Positions 46,071 through 54,922 of a stretch of DNA of 64,000 bases are shown piece after piece. The DNA comes from an uncultured bacterium (GTDB taxonomy: Bacteria; Chloroflexota; Limnocylindria; QHBO01): positions 6,775 through 70,774 of the forward strand of contig CBFGTN010000004.1 of assembly GCA_965652075.1 (NCBI GenBank), given 5' to 3'. The translations under genes and the position numbers were made by a program. How positions within the stretch are numbered: the stretch's first letter is position 1; every line of letters begins with the position of its first letter. The notes beneath the pieces were generated by a model that saw nothing but the letters and a program-made list of their open reading frames with translations, had not been told where the DNA came from and ran no database searches.

Positions 46071-46861
46071 TCGGTCACGTCGAGTCCGCCCGCACGCCAC
46101 TGCAGCGCGCGAACCCGGTCGCGAAGCTCGTTGCCGCGCTCGTCCTGCTCGTGGCGCTGTTCGTCTCGCTCGACGGCGTGACGGCCTCGATCATCCTCGT
46201 GGCGCTGCTGGCCCTCACCCCGGGCTCGGGCGTGCCAGTCTCGGTGCTCGCCTCCCGTGGGTGGCTGATCGTCGTCCTGGCGATCGCCATCGGCGCATTC
46301 AACGTCCTCTTCGCGCCCGAGCAGGTCGGGCCGATCGTCGCCTCGGTCGGCCCGATCGAGATCGGCGCGCAGACGCTGGCGAACGGCGTTGGCCTCTCGC
46401 TGCGACTGATCGCGATCTTCCTGGCCGGGATCCTGGCGACCGCGACCAGCGACCCCACCGAGGTCGCCGACTCCCTGGTCCAGCAGGCTCGGGTGTCGCC
46501 GCGCTACGCGATCGGCGTCCTGGCCGCGCTCCGGCTCGTGCCCGGCCTCGCGCGGGAGTGGCGGATCATCGGGCTGGCCCGGCGCGCGCGCGGCGTCGAG
46601 GCCGGACGGTCCCCGGTCGCTGCGATCCGGCTCTTCGCCGGGCGGGTGCTCGCGCTCCTCGTGGCCGCGATCCGCCGGTCCTCGCGGATGGCGGTCGCGA
46701 TGGAAGCGCGCGGCTTCGGGGCGGCCGGCTGCCGGACGATCGCGCGCCCGCAGCGGGTCCGTGCGAGCGACGTCGCCTGGATCGCGGGCGCCATCGGGCT
46801 GAGCGCGCTCGCGATCGCCACGAGCGTCGCGCTCGGGACGTGGCGTCCGCTCCTTGGCTGA
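46067..46861 (+). CDS. ECF transporter T (transmembrane, EcfT/CbiQ-like) component
   Basis: 264 aa polytopic protein with EcfT-like ARG-rich coupling helices (ARRARGVE, AMEARG). 4-nt overlap with the ATPase. Confidence 0.75.
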   Translation: MIGHVESARTPLQRANPVAKLVAALVLLVALFVSLDGVTASIILVALLALTPGSGVPVSVLASRGWLIVVLAIAIGAFNVLFAPEQVGPIVASVGPIEIGAQTLANGVGLSLRLIAIFLAGILATATSDPTEVADSLVQQARVSPRYAIGVLAALRLVPGLAREWRIIGLARRARGVEAGRSPVAAIRLFAGRVLALLVAAIRRSSRMAVAMEARGFGAAGCRTIARPQRVRASDVAWIAGAIGLSALAIATSVALGTWRPLLG

Positions 46862-46874
46862 GGCCCGAGGCCGA

Positions 46875-48182
46875 TCAGCGCGGGAAGGTCTCGCGGCCCT
46901 GGAACGGCCCGAGCCACGTCGGCGCGTGTGCGACGCCGACGTAGCGCATGGGGTCGAATGGCTCGAGCGAGAGCGTTCGCGCCCGCCCTCCCGCGATGAG
47001 CTCGGCGAGGAGCAGCCCGAGGACCGGCGCGTACGGGAGGCCGTGGCCAGTGAGGCCGGCGCCGACGTACCCGCCTGGCAGCGGCGTGCCGTCGCCGGCG
47101 GGCAGCGGGCCTGCCATTGGGACCTCGAGCGACGCGAAGTCGAGCAGCCCGGCCCAGCACCGGTCGATCCGAGCGTCGGCCAGCCGCGGATGCAGCGACG
47201 CGAGGAGGCCGGCCAGGCGCGGCGGAACGCCGGGCCGTACGCGCATCGAGTACGAGCCGATGCCCATCCCCTCGTCGCTGACCGCGAAGCCGCCGACGAC
47301 GACCTCTCCGGTCCGCATCTGGCGCCAGTACTCGTTGCCCTGGTCCGTCTCGAACCCGGGGTTCCCGATGCTGAACGGCAGCGTCTCGGTCACGCACACC
47401 GTCTCGCGGATCGGCGTCAGGTTCGACGCGAGGTGCGGGGCGAGCGCAGCCGTCCACACGTTCGTCGCCAGCAGGACGGCGCCCGCCGACACCTCGCCAT
47501 GTGACGTGCCGACGCCGCTGACGCGCCCGCCCGACGCGAGCAGCCGCTCGACGCGGACGCCGGTGGCGACCGTCCCGCCGGCCGCCTCGACCGCGTCGAG
47601 CAACGCGTGGCAGAGCCGGAACGGGTTGAGCTTCGCGTCCTGCGGCGTCCACTTCGCCACGCGGACGATGCCCGGGGCGAGCCCGGGGGCGAGGTCGTCC
47701 AGCTCGTCGCCGGCCACGATCCGGACCTCGAGGCCCTCCCCGGCCTGCAGCCACGCCATGTGGCGCACGAGCTGCTCCTCGTCCTCGTCGGTCGCCAGAT
47801 CGAGCGAACCGAAGCGATCCCACTCGATGCCGCCCGGAAGCTCCGCGTCCCACGCCTCGAGCATGTCGAGCGAGCGCATCGTGTAGTCCAGGATCGAGCG
47901 CCCGCCGGACTCCTGGACGAGCCGCGTGACCCGTGGGAAGTGGCCGCCGAGGCCCGCGAGCGCCATCCCGGCGTTCCGACCGGACGAACCCCAGGCGGGT
48001 GAGTTCGCCTCGATGACGAGCGGGCGCATGCCGAGCCGCGCGAGGTGGTAGGCGGCGGACGCCCCGAGCATCCCCGCGCCGACCACGACCGCATCGGCGG
48101 AGCCCGGCAGCGCCGCGCCGGGTTCGGGGACGAACGGGACCTGTTGCGGCGACGGAGCGAGAACCGGCTCTGGCTGGGTCAT
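46875..48182 (-). CDS. FAD-dependent oxidoreductase (DadA / glycine-oxidase family)
   Basis: N-terminal Rossmann motif DAVVVGAGMLGASAAYHLA and a DAO-family body. Start trimmed to MTQPEPV.... Confidence 0.75.
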   Translation of the reverse strand: MTQPEPVLAPSPQQVPFVPEPGAALPGSADAVVVGAGMLGASAAYHLARLGMRPLVIEANSPAWGSSGRNAGMALAGLGGHFPRVTRLVQESGGRSILDYTMRSLDMLEAWDAELPGGIEWDRFGSLDLATDEDEEQLVRHMAWLQAGEGLEVRIVAGDELDDLAPGLAPGIVRVAKWTPQDAKLNPFRLCHALLDAVEAAGGTVATGVRVERLLASGGRVSGVGTSHGEVSAGAVLLATNVWTAALAPHLASNLTPIRETVCVTETLPFSIGNPGFETDQGNEYWRQMRTGEVVVGGFAVSDEGMGIGSYSMRVRPGVPPRLAGLLASLHPRLADARIDRCWAGLLDFASLEVPMAGPLPAGDGTPLPGGYVGAGLTGHGLPYAPVLGLLLAELIAGGRARTLSLEPFDPMRYVGVAHAPTWLGPFQGRETFPR

Positions 48183-48210
48183 GGCCGGCGCCGAGCGTAC
48201 CATCGGGCCG

Positions 48211-49206
48211 ATGCCGCGCTCCGACGACGTCCGCGTTCGCGCCGGCGAGATCGTCCTCGCGGGCACGCTGACGGTGCCCGATGGCGACGGCGAGAGCCCC
48301 CAGCGGTGGCCGTGGGCCGTGCTCGTGCCGAGCTGGCTGCCGCGCAATCGGGACGGCGCCTGGGACCGTGCCGCTCACCCCGGTTGGTTCGCTCCCGCCG
48401 ATCCGGGCCGCGGCCTCTTCGAGCGCATCGCGGACGCCCTCGCAGCGCGCGGCGTGGCGAGCCTGCGCTACGACGCTCGCGGGTGCGCCGAGTCGGGCGG
48501 TGACTGGGCTGCCGCGAGCCTGTTCACCCGGATCGACGACGCGCGCGACGCGATCGGTGCGATGCGATCGAGGCGCGAGCTCGACCTGCGCCGGACGGCG
48601 ATCGTCGGGCACGGCGAGGGCGCGGTCATCGCCATCAGCGTCGCGATCGGCGACCCGGCGATCGGCGCGGTCGGCCTCGTCGCGCCGCCGGCGCGCTCGT
48701 TTCGTGACGTCCTGCGACGCGGTGCCGCGGAGCGGGGGCGCACCGGGACCGACCGCGAGCACCCGTTCGTCGCCGCGCTCGACGCCGCGGCCGAGGAGCT
48801 CATCGAGCGCGTTGGGCGGCGCGAGCCCGAGATGCAGGTCCGCGTCGGGGACGCATCGGTCCGGCTGTCGCTTGCCGGCTGGGAGCAGGCGATCCACACG
48901 CCGGCCCTCGCCCTCGCGACGATGCTGCACCGGCACGTCGTCATCGCCCACGGGGACCGCGACGCGTGGTCGCACCCGGACGAGTCGCGGATCCTCGCCT
49001 CGGTCCTCGAGGACGCCGGCAACCGGCCTGTCCTGCAGGTGGTGGCCGGCGCCGGGCACGACCTGGCCGAGGCGGAGGACGATCGGATCGGCGCGTTCGC
49101 CGACGCGCTCGTGGCCGGGATGGAGCCGAGAGCGCTGCCGCCGGTGCTCGTGGCCATCGAGGAGATGACCTCGGATCCGGACGCGACGCTAGACTTTCGG
49201 CCGTGA
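48211..49206 (+). CDS. Alpha/beta-hydrolase fold protein
   Basis: Nucleophile-elbow-like GHGEG in an alpha/beta-hydrolase layout. Start chosen at the ATG at 48211, to avoid overlapping the divergent oxidoreductase start. Confidence 0.55.
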   Translation: MPRSDDVRVRAGEIVLAGTLTVPDGDGESPQRWPWAVLVPSWLPRNRDGAWDRAAHPGWFAPADPGRGLFERIADALAARGVASLRYDARGCAESGGDWAAASLFTRIDDARDAIGAMRSRRELDLRRTAIVGHGEGAVIAISVAIGDPAIGAVGLVAPPARSFRDVLRRGAAERGRTGTDREHPFVAALDAAAEELIERVGRREPEMQVRVGDASVRLSLAGWEQAIHTPALALATMLHRHVVIAHGDRDAWSHPDESRILASVLEDAGNRPVLQVVAGAGHDLAEAEDDRIGAFADALVAGMEPRALPPVLVAIEEMTSDPDATLDFRP

Positions 49207-49667
49207 CCCGACTGGCCGCCGGCGATCCGGCACCCGCATTCTCCCTCGCCACCGACGACGGCAGCGTCGTCACCTCGGAGTCGCTCGCGGGATCGCGCTA
49301 CGTCCTGTACTTCTACCCCAAGGACGACACGCCCGGCTGCACGACCCAGGCCTGCGGGCTGCGCGACAGCTGGTCGCGCGTGACCGATACCGGCGTCGAG
49401 CTCTTCGGCGTCTCGCCCGACAGCGTGAAGAGCCACGCGAAGTTCCGCGAGAAGTTCGACCTGCCCTATCGGCTCATCGCCGACGAGGGGCACCGCCTCG
49501 CCGAGGCATACGGGGTGTGGATCGAGAAGTCGAACTACGGGCGGACGTACTACGGCAACGAGCGCAGCACGTTCGTCGTCGGCCCCGACGGCCGGATCGA
49601 GCACGTCCTTGCGCAGGTGAAGCCGGCCGAGCACGTCGACCAGCTCGTGGAGGCGCTCGCCGCGTGA
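49203..49667 (+). CDS. bcp: Thiol peroxidase Bcp (peroxiredoxin Q)
   Basis: YFYPKDDTPGCTTQACGLRD carries the PxxxTxxC peroxidatic motif with a resolving Cys 5 residues later. GTG start in a GTGA overlap with the hydrolase stop. Confidence 0.85.
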   Translation: MTRLAAGDPAPAFSLATDDGSVVTSESLAGSRYVLYFYPKDDTPGCTTQACGLRDSWSRVTDTGVELFGVSPDSVKSHAKFREKFDLPYRLIADEGHRLAEAYGVWIEKSNYGRTYYGNERSTFVVGPDGRIEHVLAQVKPAEHVDQLVEALAA

Positions 49668-49880
49668 ACGGCGGAGGCGGCATCGTGCTCGCCAGCCTCC
49701 TGGTCGCCGCGGCGCTCCTGCTCGTGATCGTCGGCGTCCTGACGCTCGCGGCGCTCCTCGATCCCATTCCCTGAGGCTCGCTTCCCACGCATCTCGCGCG
49801 ATGGCACGCATCGTGCGATGGATGGCGCGTGCGGCGTCGACAGGCGCCGCAGGGGGGACATACCGACGAAGGAGAGACCG

Positions 49881-50027
49881 ATGCTCTGGACGATCATCGC
49901 CATCCTGCTGGTCCTCTGGCTGCTGGGCTTGATCGGCAACGTCGGCGGCGGCCTCATCTGGCTGCTGCTCGTCATCGCCGCGATCGTGCTCGTCTTCCAG
50001 CTACTCAGCGGGCGACGCGCCGTCTGA
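49881..50027 (+). CDS. Small membrane protein (48 aa), lmo0937-family-like
   Basis: MLWTIIAILLVLWLLGLIGNVGGGLIWLLLVIAAIVLVFQLLSGRR. AAGGAG lies 6 nt upstream of the ATG. Confidence 0.55.
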   Translation: MLWTIIAILLVLWLLGLIGNVGGGLIWLLLVIAAIVLVFQLLSGRRAV

Positions 50028-50294
50028 CCCGCACCAGCCGCTGACGCCGGCCGGCCCGATCCCCTGATCGGCAGGGGGGAAGCGGCCGGAGCGGCGATCT
50101 GTGCGGGATGTGACGCGGCCCGCCCGTGACCGATGAGCTGTCACGCTCGTCGGTCACCCTGGGCGGGTCGTGTCGTACCCTTCGCGCTCTTCAGGCCCGG
50201 CCACCGCCCGACTCGCCGCGACGGTGCCGGGCTTCGTCGTGCGTCCGGGGTGGCCGATTCGGAGCAGGGCGCTCGGCTACCCTGACGCGAACCG

Positions 50295-51389
50295 ATGAAG
50301 CTGCTCCATTTCGCGGACCTCCATCTCGACGCGCCCTTCGCGTGGGCGACGCCGGAGACGGCGCGGGTCCGGCGCCGGAATCGCCGCGAGTCGCTGATGC
50401 GGATCCTCGCCCTGGCGGAGTCAGAGGCGGTCGACGCGATCCTGTGCGCGGGCGACCTGTTCGAGCAGGATCGGATCGGTCCCGACACCGTGGAGTTCCT
50501 GCGCAGCGCGTTCGAGCGCACCGATCGCCGCGTCTTCCTCGCGCCGGGCAACCATGACTGGCTCTCGGCGCGGAGCCCGTACCGGCTCGTCCGCTGGTCA
50601 CCGAACGTCCACGTCTTCACCGAGGCCGAGCTGCGGCCCGTCGAGCTCACAGATGGCCTGACCCTGTGGGGCGCCGCCCATCGTGCCCCCGCGAACACCG
50701 ACGATCTTTTCGCCGGGTTCCGGACGGAGCGCGGGGGTCTCCACGTCGCCGTCGCGCACGCGTCCGAGCGAGCGACCCTGGCGTGGCAGGAGTCCGGCAA
50801 GGCCCCGCACGCGCCGTTCGACGCGGCGGAGCTGCCGGGGACGGGCCTGGCCCATGCGTTCCTCGGCCACTATCACCTGCCGCGCGATGCGGAGCTGCAC
50901 ACGTATCCGGGCAACCCGGACCCGCTCGACTTCGGCGAGACCGGCGAGCGCGGCGCAGTGATCGCGACGATCGGCGCCGATGGCGCCATCAGCAGGTCGC
51001 GCCACGACGTCGCGGTCAGCGAGGTGCACGACCTCGAGATCGACGTGGGCGGAGCGACGCATTCGGATGAGGTCGCCGTCGCCGTCCGCGAGCGGCTCGC
51101 TCCGCTCGGTGGCTGCGTGCGCGTCACCCTGTCGGGAGAGCTCGCTCCGTCGCTGCAGCTCGACCTCCGCGAGCTCGAGCGCAACGGCGAGCACCTCGAG
51201 GGGCTCGTCGTGCGGGCGGGCCACCTGACCGTCGGCTACGACCTGGATGTGATCGGCGCCGAGTCCACCGTTCGGGGACAGTTCGTGCGATCGGCCGTCG
51301 AGGAGATCGCCGACCCGGAGCTGCAGCGGCGCGTGATCCTCACCGGCCTGCGCGCCCTCGAGGGCCGCGGCGACCTGGAGGTCGCGTAG
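50295..51389 (+). CDS. sbcD: Mre11/SbcD-type metallophosphoesterase nuclease (YhaO-like)
   Basis: Calcineurin-like motifs FADLHLD, AGDLFE, GNHD and GHYH. Confidence 0.8.
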   Translation: MKLLHFADLHLDAPFAWATPETARVRRRNRRESLMRILALAESEAVDAILCAGDLFEQDRIGPDTVEFLRSAFERTDRRVFLAPGNHDWLSARSPYRLVRWSPNVHVFTEAELRPVELTDGLTLWGAAHRAPANTDDLFAGFRTERGGLHVAVAHASERATLAWQESGKAPHAPFDAAELPGTGLAHAFLGHYHLPRDAELHTYPGNPDPLDFGETGERGAVIATIGADGAISRSRHDVAVSEVHDLEIDVGGATHSDEVAVAVRERLAPLGGCVRVTLSGELAPSLQLDLRELERNGEHLEGLVVRAGHLTVGYDLDVIGAESTVRGQFVRSAVEEIADPELQRRVILTGLRALEGRGDLEVA

Positions 51390-51391
51390 GC

Positions 51392-54199
51392 GTGCGCATC
51401 GAGCGCGTGATCGCGCACGCCTTCGGACCCTTCCGCGGTGAGTCCCTCGACCTCGCGTCGGGGCTCACGGTCGTGAGCGGACCGAACGAGGCAGGCAAAT
51501 CGAGCTGGCACGCCGCGATCCGCGCCGGTGTCTGCGGCGTGCGACGCGGCCGTGGCGCCGCGACGAAGTCCGACGCGGCGTTCGAGGAACGCCACCGGCC
51601 CTGGGACGGCGACGGGCGCTGGGCGGTGGAGGTCCGCCTGCTTCTCGACGATGGGCGGACGATCGAGCTCCACCAGGATCTCGCCGGCAAGGTCGCATGC
51701 CGCGCCGTGGACGTGGTCCTCGGCCGCGACGTGTCCGACGAGATCATGGATGGCACCCCCGATGCGTCGCGCTGGCTCGGGCTCGACCGCGAGGCGTTCG
51801 CCTCGACGGTCTGCGTCGGGCAGGCGCAGATCGCCGCGATCGCCGGGCGGGAGGCGGCCGAGTCGCTCCAGGAGCACATGCAGCGGGCCGCCGCCACCCG
51901 CGGCACCGATGCGACCGCGGCCGAGGCACGCCAGCGGATCGACGAGTTCCGCCGCATCCACGTCGGCGTCGATCGCCAGGGCTCGCGCGGGCCGCTTCGC
52001 AGCGCGAAGGAGCGCGTGGAGCACGCGCGAGCGACGCTCGCGGACGTCCGAGCCCGGCACGAGGCGTTCCTCGACGCCAGCCTGAGCGCCGAGGCCGCCG
52101 AAGGCGAGGCCGACGCCCAGTCTCGGCGCGCCGACGCGATCGAGGCGGCGATCGCCGCCGCCGCCGCGGACGAGCTCAACCGTCGAGCCGGTCGCGCCAC
52201 GGCGCTCGCCGCCCGGCACCCCGCCGAGCCCGCGGGCCAGCTCGACCGGGACGCCCGGGCCGATGCCGTTGCCGCGGCGCTCGACGGCTGGAGCGGCCGG
52301 GCCCGGCCCGAGCCGTTGTCCGGCCCTACGGCGGCCGAGCTCGAGGCGGAGCTCGCGGCGTTGCCCGCGCCACCCGTCGGGGACGTCGAGCCACACCCGT
52401 CGGTCGTCGATGCGCGCCGCAGGCTCGATCGTGCCGACGAGGCGCTTGGCCTGCTCGGTGACGCTCCCACCGTGAAGCAGGCCGCCGGACCTGGGGAGGA
52501 GGAGCTGCGGGCGATCGCCCGCCGCCTCCGGACACCGGATCCCGATCCACGCCCCGACCTCGAGGCGGAGCTGCACGCGGCCGAGGCCGAGCTCTCCGCG
52601 GGCAACGGTCGCGGGGCAACCGGTTGGGTCGTCGCCGCGGCCCTTGCGGCGCTCGCCGCCGCGGCCGCGCTCACGGCCGGGCAGGTGGCGGTCGCCGTGG
52701 TCGGGTTCGCGCTCGCGGCTGGTCTCGTCGCATGGGCCCTGATCGGCAGGCGCTCGGCCTCCACGGGGTCCATGCGCGTCGAGCTCGCGCGCGCGGCGCT
52801 CGTCCCGTCCGCGCTCGCCCGCGATGCGGCCGCCTCGGAACGTCGCGCCGCTGCCGAGCAGGCCGCGTCGATGGGCCTGCCGGTCGATCCCGTCGACCTG
52901 GACCGACGCGCGGACGCGGCTGCCGAGGCCGCCCGTGCCGCTCGCGAGGCGGACGCGTGGAGCGTTCGGCGCGCGAGCCTCGACGCGCGCCGCGCCGGCG
53001 CGATCGCCGAGCTGCGCGAGGCCCTGCGGGCGCGGGGCGTCGAGGCTGCCTCGGACGACGTGGCGGATGCGATGTCGGCGTACGAGGCCTCGTGCCGCCG
53101 ACGTGCCGAAGAGACTCGGCGGGCCGGCGGCCGAGAGGCGCTGGTCCGCGCCGTGGCGACGCGGCGCGAGGCCGAGGCCGCGACTGCCGAGACCGAGCGC
53201 GTCGCCGTCCGCGCCGAGGCCGCGCTGCGCACCGCCGCCTCCCAGGTCGGGATCTCGGCCGACGGATCGGCTGACGATGTTGCAAAGGCGCTCGGCGGCT
53301 GGCGCCGTGAGCAAAGCGAGGAGGCTCGGCGATCGGATGAGGCTCGCCGCGAGTGGCACGAGCTGACGACGCTGCTCGATGGACGGTCCCTCGACACGTT
53401 GCGATCGGACGCGGACGAGGCGGCGACGCGGGCATCGACCCTCGCGGCGCACGTCGACGCCGTGACCCTCGCGGAGCTCGGATCGCGCGAGGACCTCGTC
53501 TCGCTGCTCGAGGTCGAGCGCGAGGAGCTGGCGCGCGCGCGGGCGGACGCGAGCACCCAGCGCGGCGCGCTGGCCGAGATGCAGCGCGATCTCCCGGACG
53601 TCGCCGAGGCGGAGGAAGCGCTGTCCGACGCAGCGGACGAGCTCGCCAGGGTCGTGCGCCTCGGCGAGGTGCTCGCGGAGACGACGCGCCTGCTGCGCGC
53701 GGCCGAGGATCGGGTCCATCGCGATCTTGCGCCGGTGCTGTCGCAGGCGATCACGCGATGGCTGCCGACCGTGACGCTCGGCGCCTACACAGAGGCGACG
53801 GTCGATCCGGCCGATCTCTCGATCCGCGTGAAGCACGCCGAGACCGGACAGTGGCGCCCGCCGCCGACGCAGCAGCGCCACCAGGCATCCGTCGAGCTCC
53901 TCTCCGAGGGAACCGGCGAGCAGATCTACCTGCTCCTGCGCGCGGCGATGGCCGAGTACCTGACCACGACCGGGGAGACCGCCCCGCTGCTGCTCGACGA
54001 GGTCACGGCCCAGGCCGATGCCGAGCGCAAGCAGCGCCTCCTCGAGGTGCTCCACCAGCTGAGCGCGGAGCGCCAGATCGTCCTCTTCACCCACGATGAC
54101 GACGTCACGGCATGGGCTGCGCGAACCCTCGATGGCTCGCGCGATCGGCTGGTTGAGCTCGGCGCTCTCGCACCGGCACCGCAGGCGGCCCTGGGCTGA
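51392..54199 (+). CDS. sbcC: SbcC/Rad50-family ATPase without a zinc hook; the central region is a predicted TM hairpin (YhaN-like)
   Basis: N-terminal Walker A GPNEAGKSS; long Ala/Arg/Glu coiled coils; C-terminal D-loop/Walker B LLLDEVTAQAD. No CxxC hook motif. The mid-protein reads WVVAAALAALAAAAALTAGQVAVAVVGFALAAGLVAWALIG. The GTG start is 3 nt after the sbcD stop. Confidence 0.8.
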   Translation: MRIERVIAHAFGPFRGESLDLASGLTVVSGPNEAGKSSWHAAIRAGVCGVRRGRGAATKSDAAFEERHRPWDGDGRWAVEVRLLLDDGRTIELHQDLAGKVACRAVDVVLGRDVSDEIMDGTPDASRWLGLDREAFASTVCVGQAQIAAIAGREAAESLQEHMQRAAATRGTDATAAEARQRIDEFRRIHVGVDRQGSRGPLRSAKERVEHARATLADVRARHEAFLDASLSAEAAEGEADAQSRRADAIEAAIAAAAADELNRRAGRATALAARHPAEPAGQLDRDARADAVAAALDGWSGRARPEPLSGPTAAELEAELAALPAPPVGDVEPHPSVVDARRRLDRADEALGLLGDAPTVKQAAGPGEEELRAIARRLRTPDPDPRPDLEAELHAAEAELSAGNGRGATGWVVAAALAALAAAAALTAGQVAVAVVGFALAAGLVAWALIGRRSASTGSMRVELARAALVPSALARDAAASERRAAAEQAASMGLPVDPVDLDRRADAAAEAARAAREADAWSVRRASLDARRAGAIAELREALRARGVEAASDDVADAMSAYEASCRRRAEETRRAGGREALVRAVATRREAEAATAETERVAVRAEAALRTAASQVGISADGSADDVAKALGGWRREQSEEARRSDEARREWHELTTLLDGRSLDTLRSDADEAATRASTLAAHVDAVTLAELGSREDLVSLLEVEREELARARADASTQRGALAEMQRDLPDVAEAEEALSDAADELARVVRLGEVLAETTRLLRAAEDRVHRDLAPVLSQAITRWLPTVTLGAYTEATVDPADLSIRVKHAETGQWRPPPTQQRHQASVELLSEGTGEQIYLLLRAAMAEYLTTTGETAPLLLDEVTAQADAERKQRLLEVLHQLSAERQIVLFTHDDDVTAWAARTLDGSRDRLVELGALAPAPQAALG

Positions 54200-54202
54200 C
54201 CG

Positions 54203-54922
54203 ATGCCTGACGACCGGCTCCCGACGCCGGAGCGCGCGCTCGTCGTCGCCGCCCATCCCGACGACATCGAGTTCGGCGCGGCCGGCACCGTGGCACGCTG
54301 GATCGGGGAGGGCGCTGCGGTGCGCTACCTGCTGGCGACCCGCGGCGACAAGGGCAGCGACGACCCGACGACGGATCCCGCGCAGCTGGCCACCATGCGC
54401 GAGGGCGAGCAGCGCGCCGCCGCCGCCGAGATCGGTGTCGACGGGGTCGACTTCCTGGACGAGCCCGACGGACAGGTCCTGCCGACGCTCGAGCTACGCG
54501 AGCGGATCACGCGGGCGATCCGTGAGCTGCGGCCGGAGGTGGTGATGACCCACGATCCGACCGTCCTGTTCGTGAACAACGAGTGGGTCAACCACCCGGA
54601 CCACCGCGCCGTCGGCCAGGCGGCGATCGACGCCGTGTTCCCGACCGCCCGCGACCCGCTGAACTTCCGCGAGCACGTGGAGGCGGGGCTGGCTCCGTGG
54701 AAGGTCGCGGAGCTGTTCCTGTGGAGCACGAACGAGGCGAACCAGCTCGTCGACATCGGCGACACCCTCGACGCCAAGATCGCGGCGCTCAGCCACCATG
54801 CCAGCCAGTTCCGATCCCTCGAGGACATCGCGCGGTGGGTTCGCCGCCGCAGCGAGGAGCTCGGCGAACGGGCCGGCTACCGAGCTGCGGAGGGCTTCCG
54901 CCGCGTGACCCTGGCCCGATGA
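54203..54922 (+). CDS. PIG-L/LmbE-family N-acetylglucosaminyl deacetylase (MshB/Mca-like)
   Basis: AHPDDIEFGAAG motif with downstream His/Asp ligands (HPDH). It starts 4 nt after sbcC. Confidence 0.8.
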   Translation: MPDDRLPTPERALVVAAHPDDIEFGAAGTVARWIGEGAAVRYLLATRGDKGSDDPTTDPAQLATMREGEQRAAAAEIGVDGVDFLDEPDGQVLPTLELRERITRAIRELRPEVVMTHDPTVLFVNNEWVNHPDHRAVGQAAIDAVFPTARDPLNFREHVEAGLAPWKVAELFLWSTNEANQLVDIGDTLDAKIAALSHHASQFRSLEDIARWVRRRSEELGERAGYRAAEGFRRVTLAR

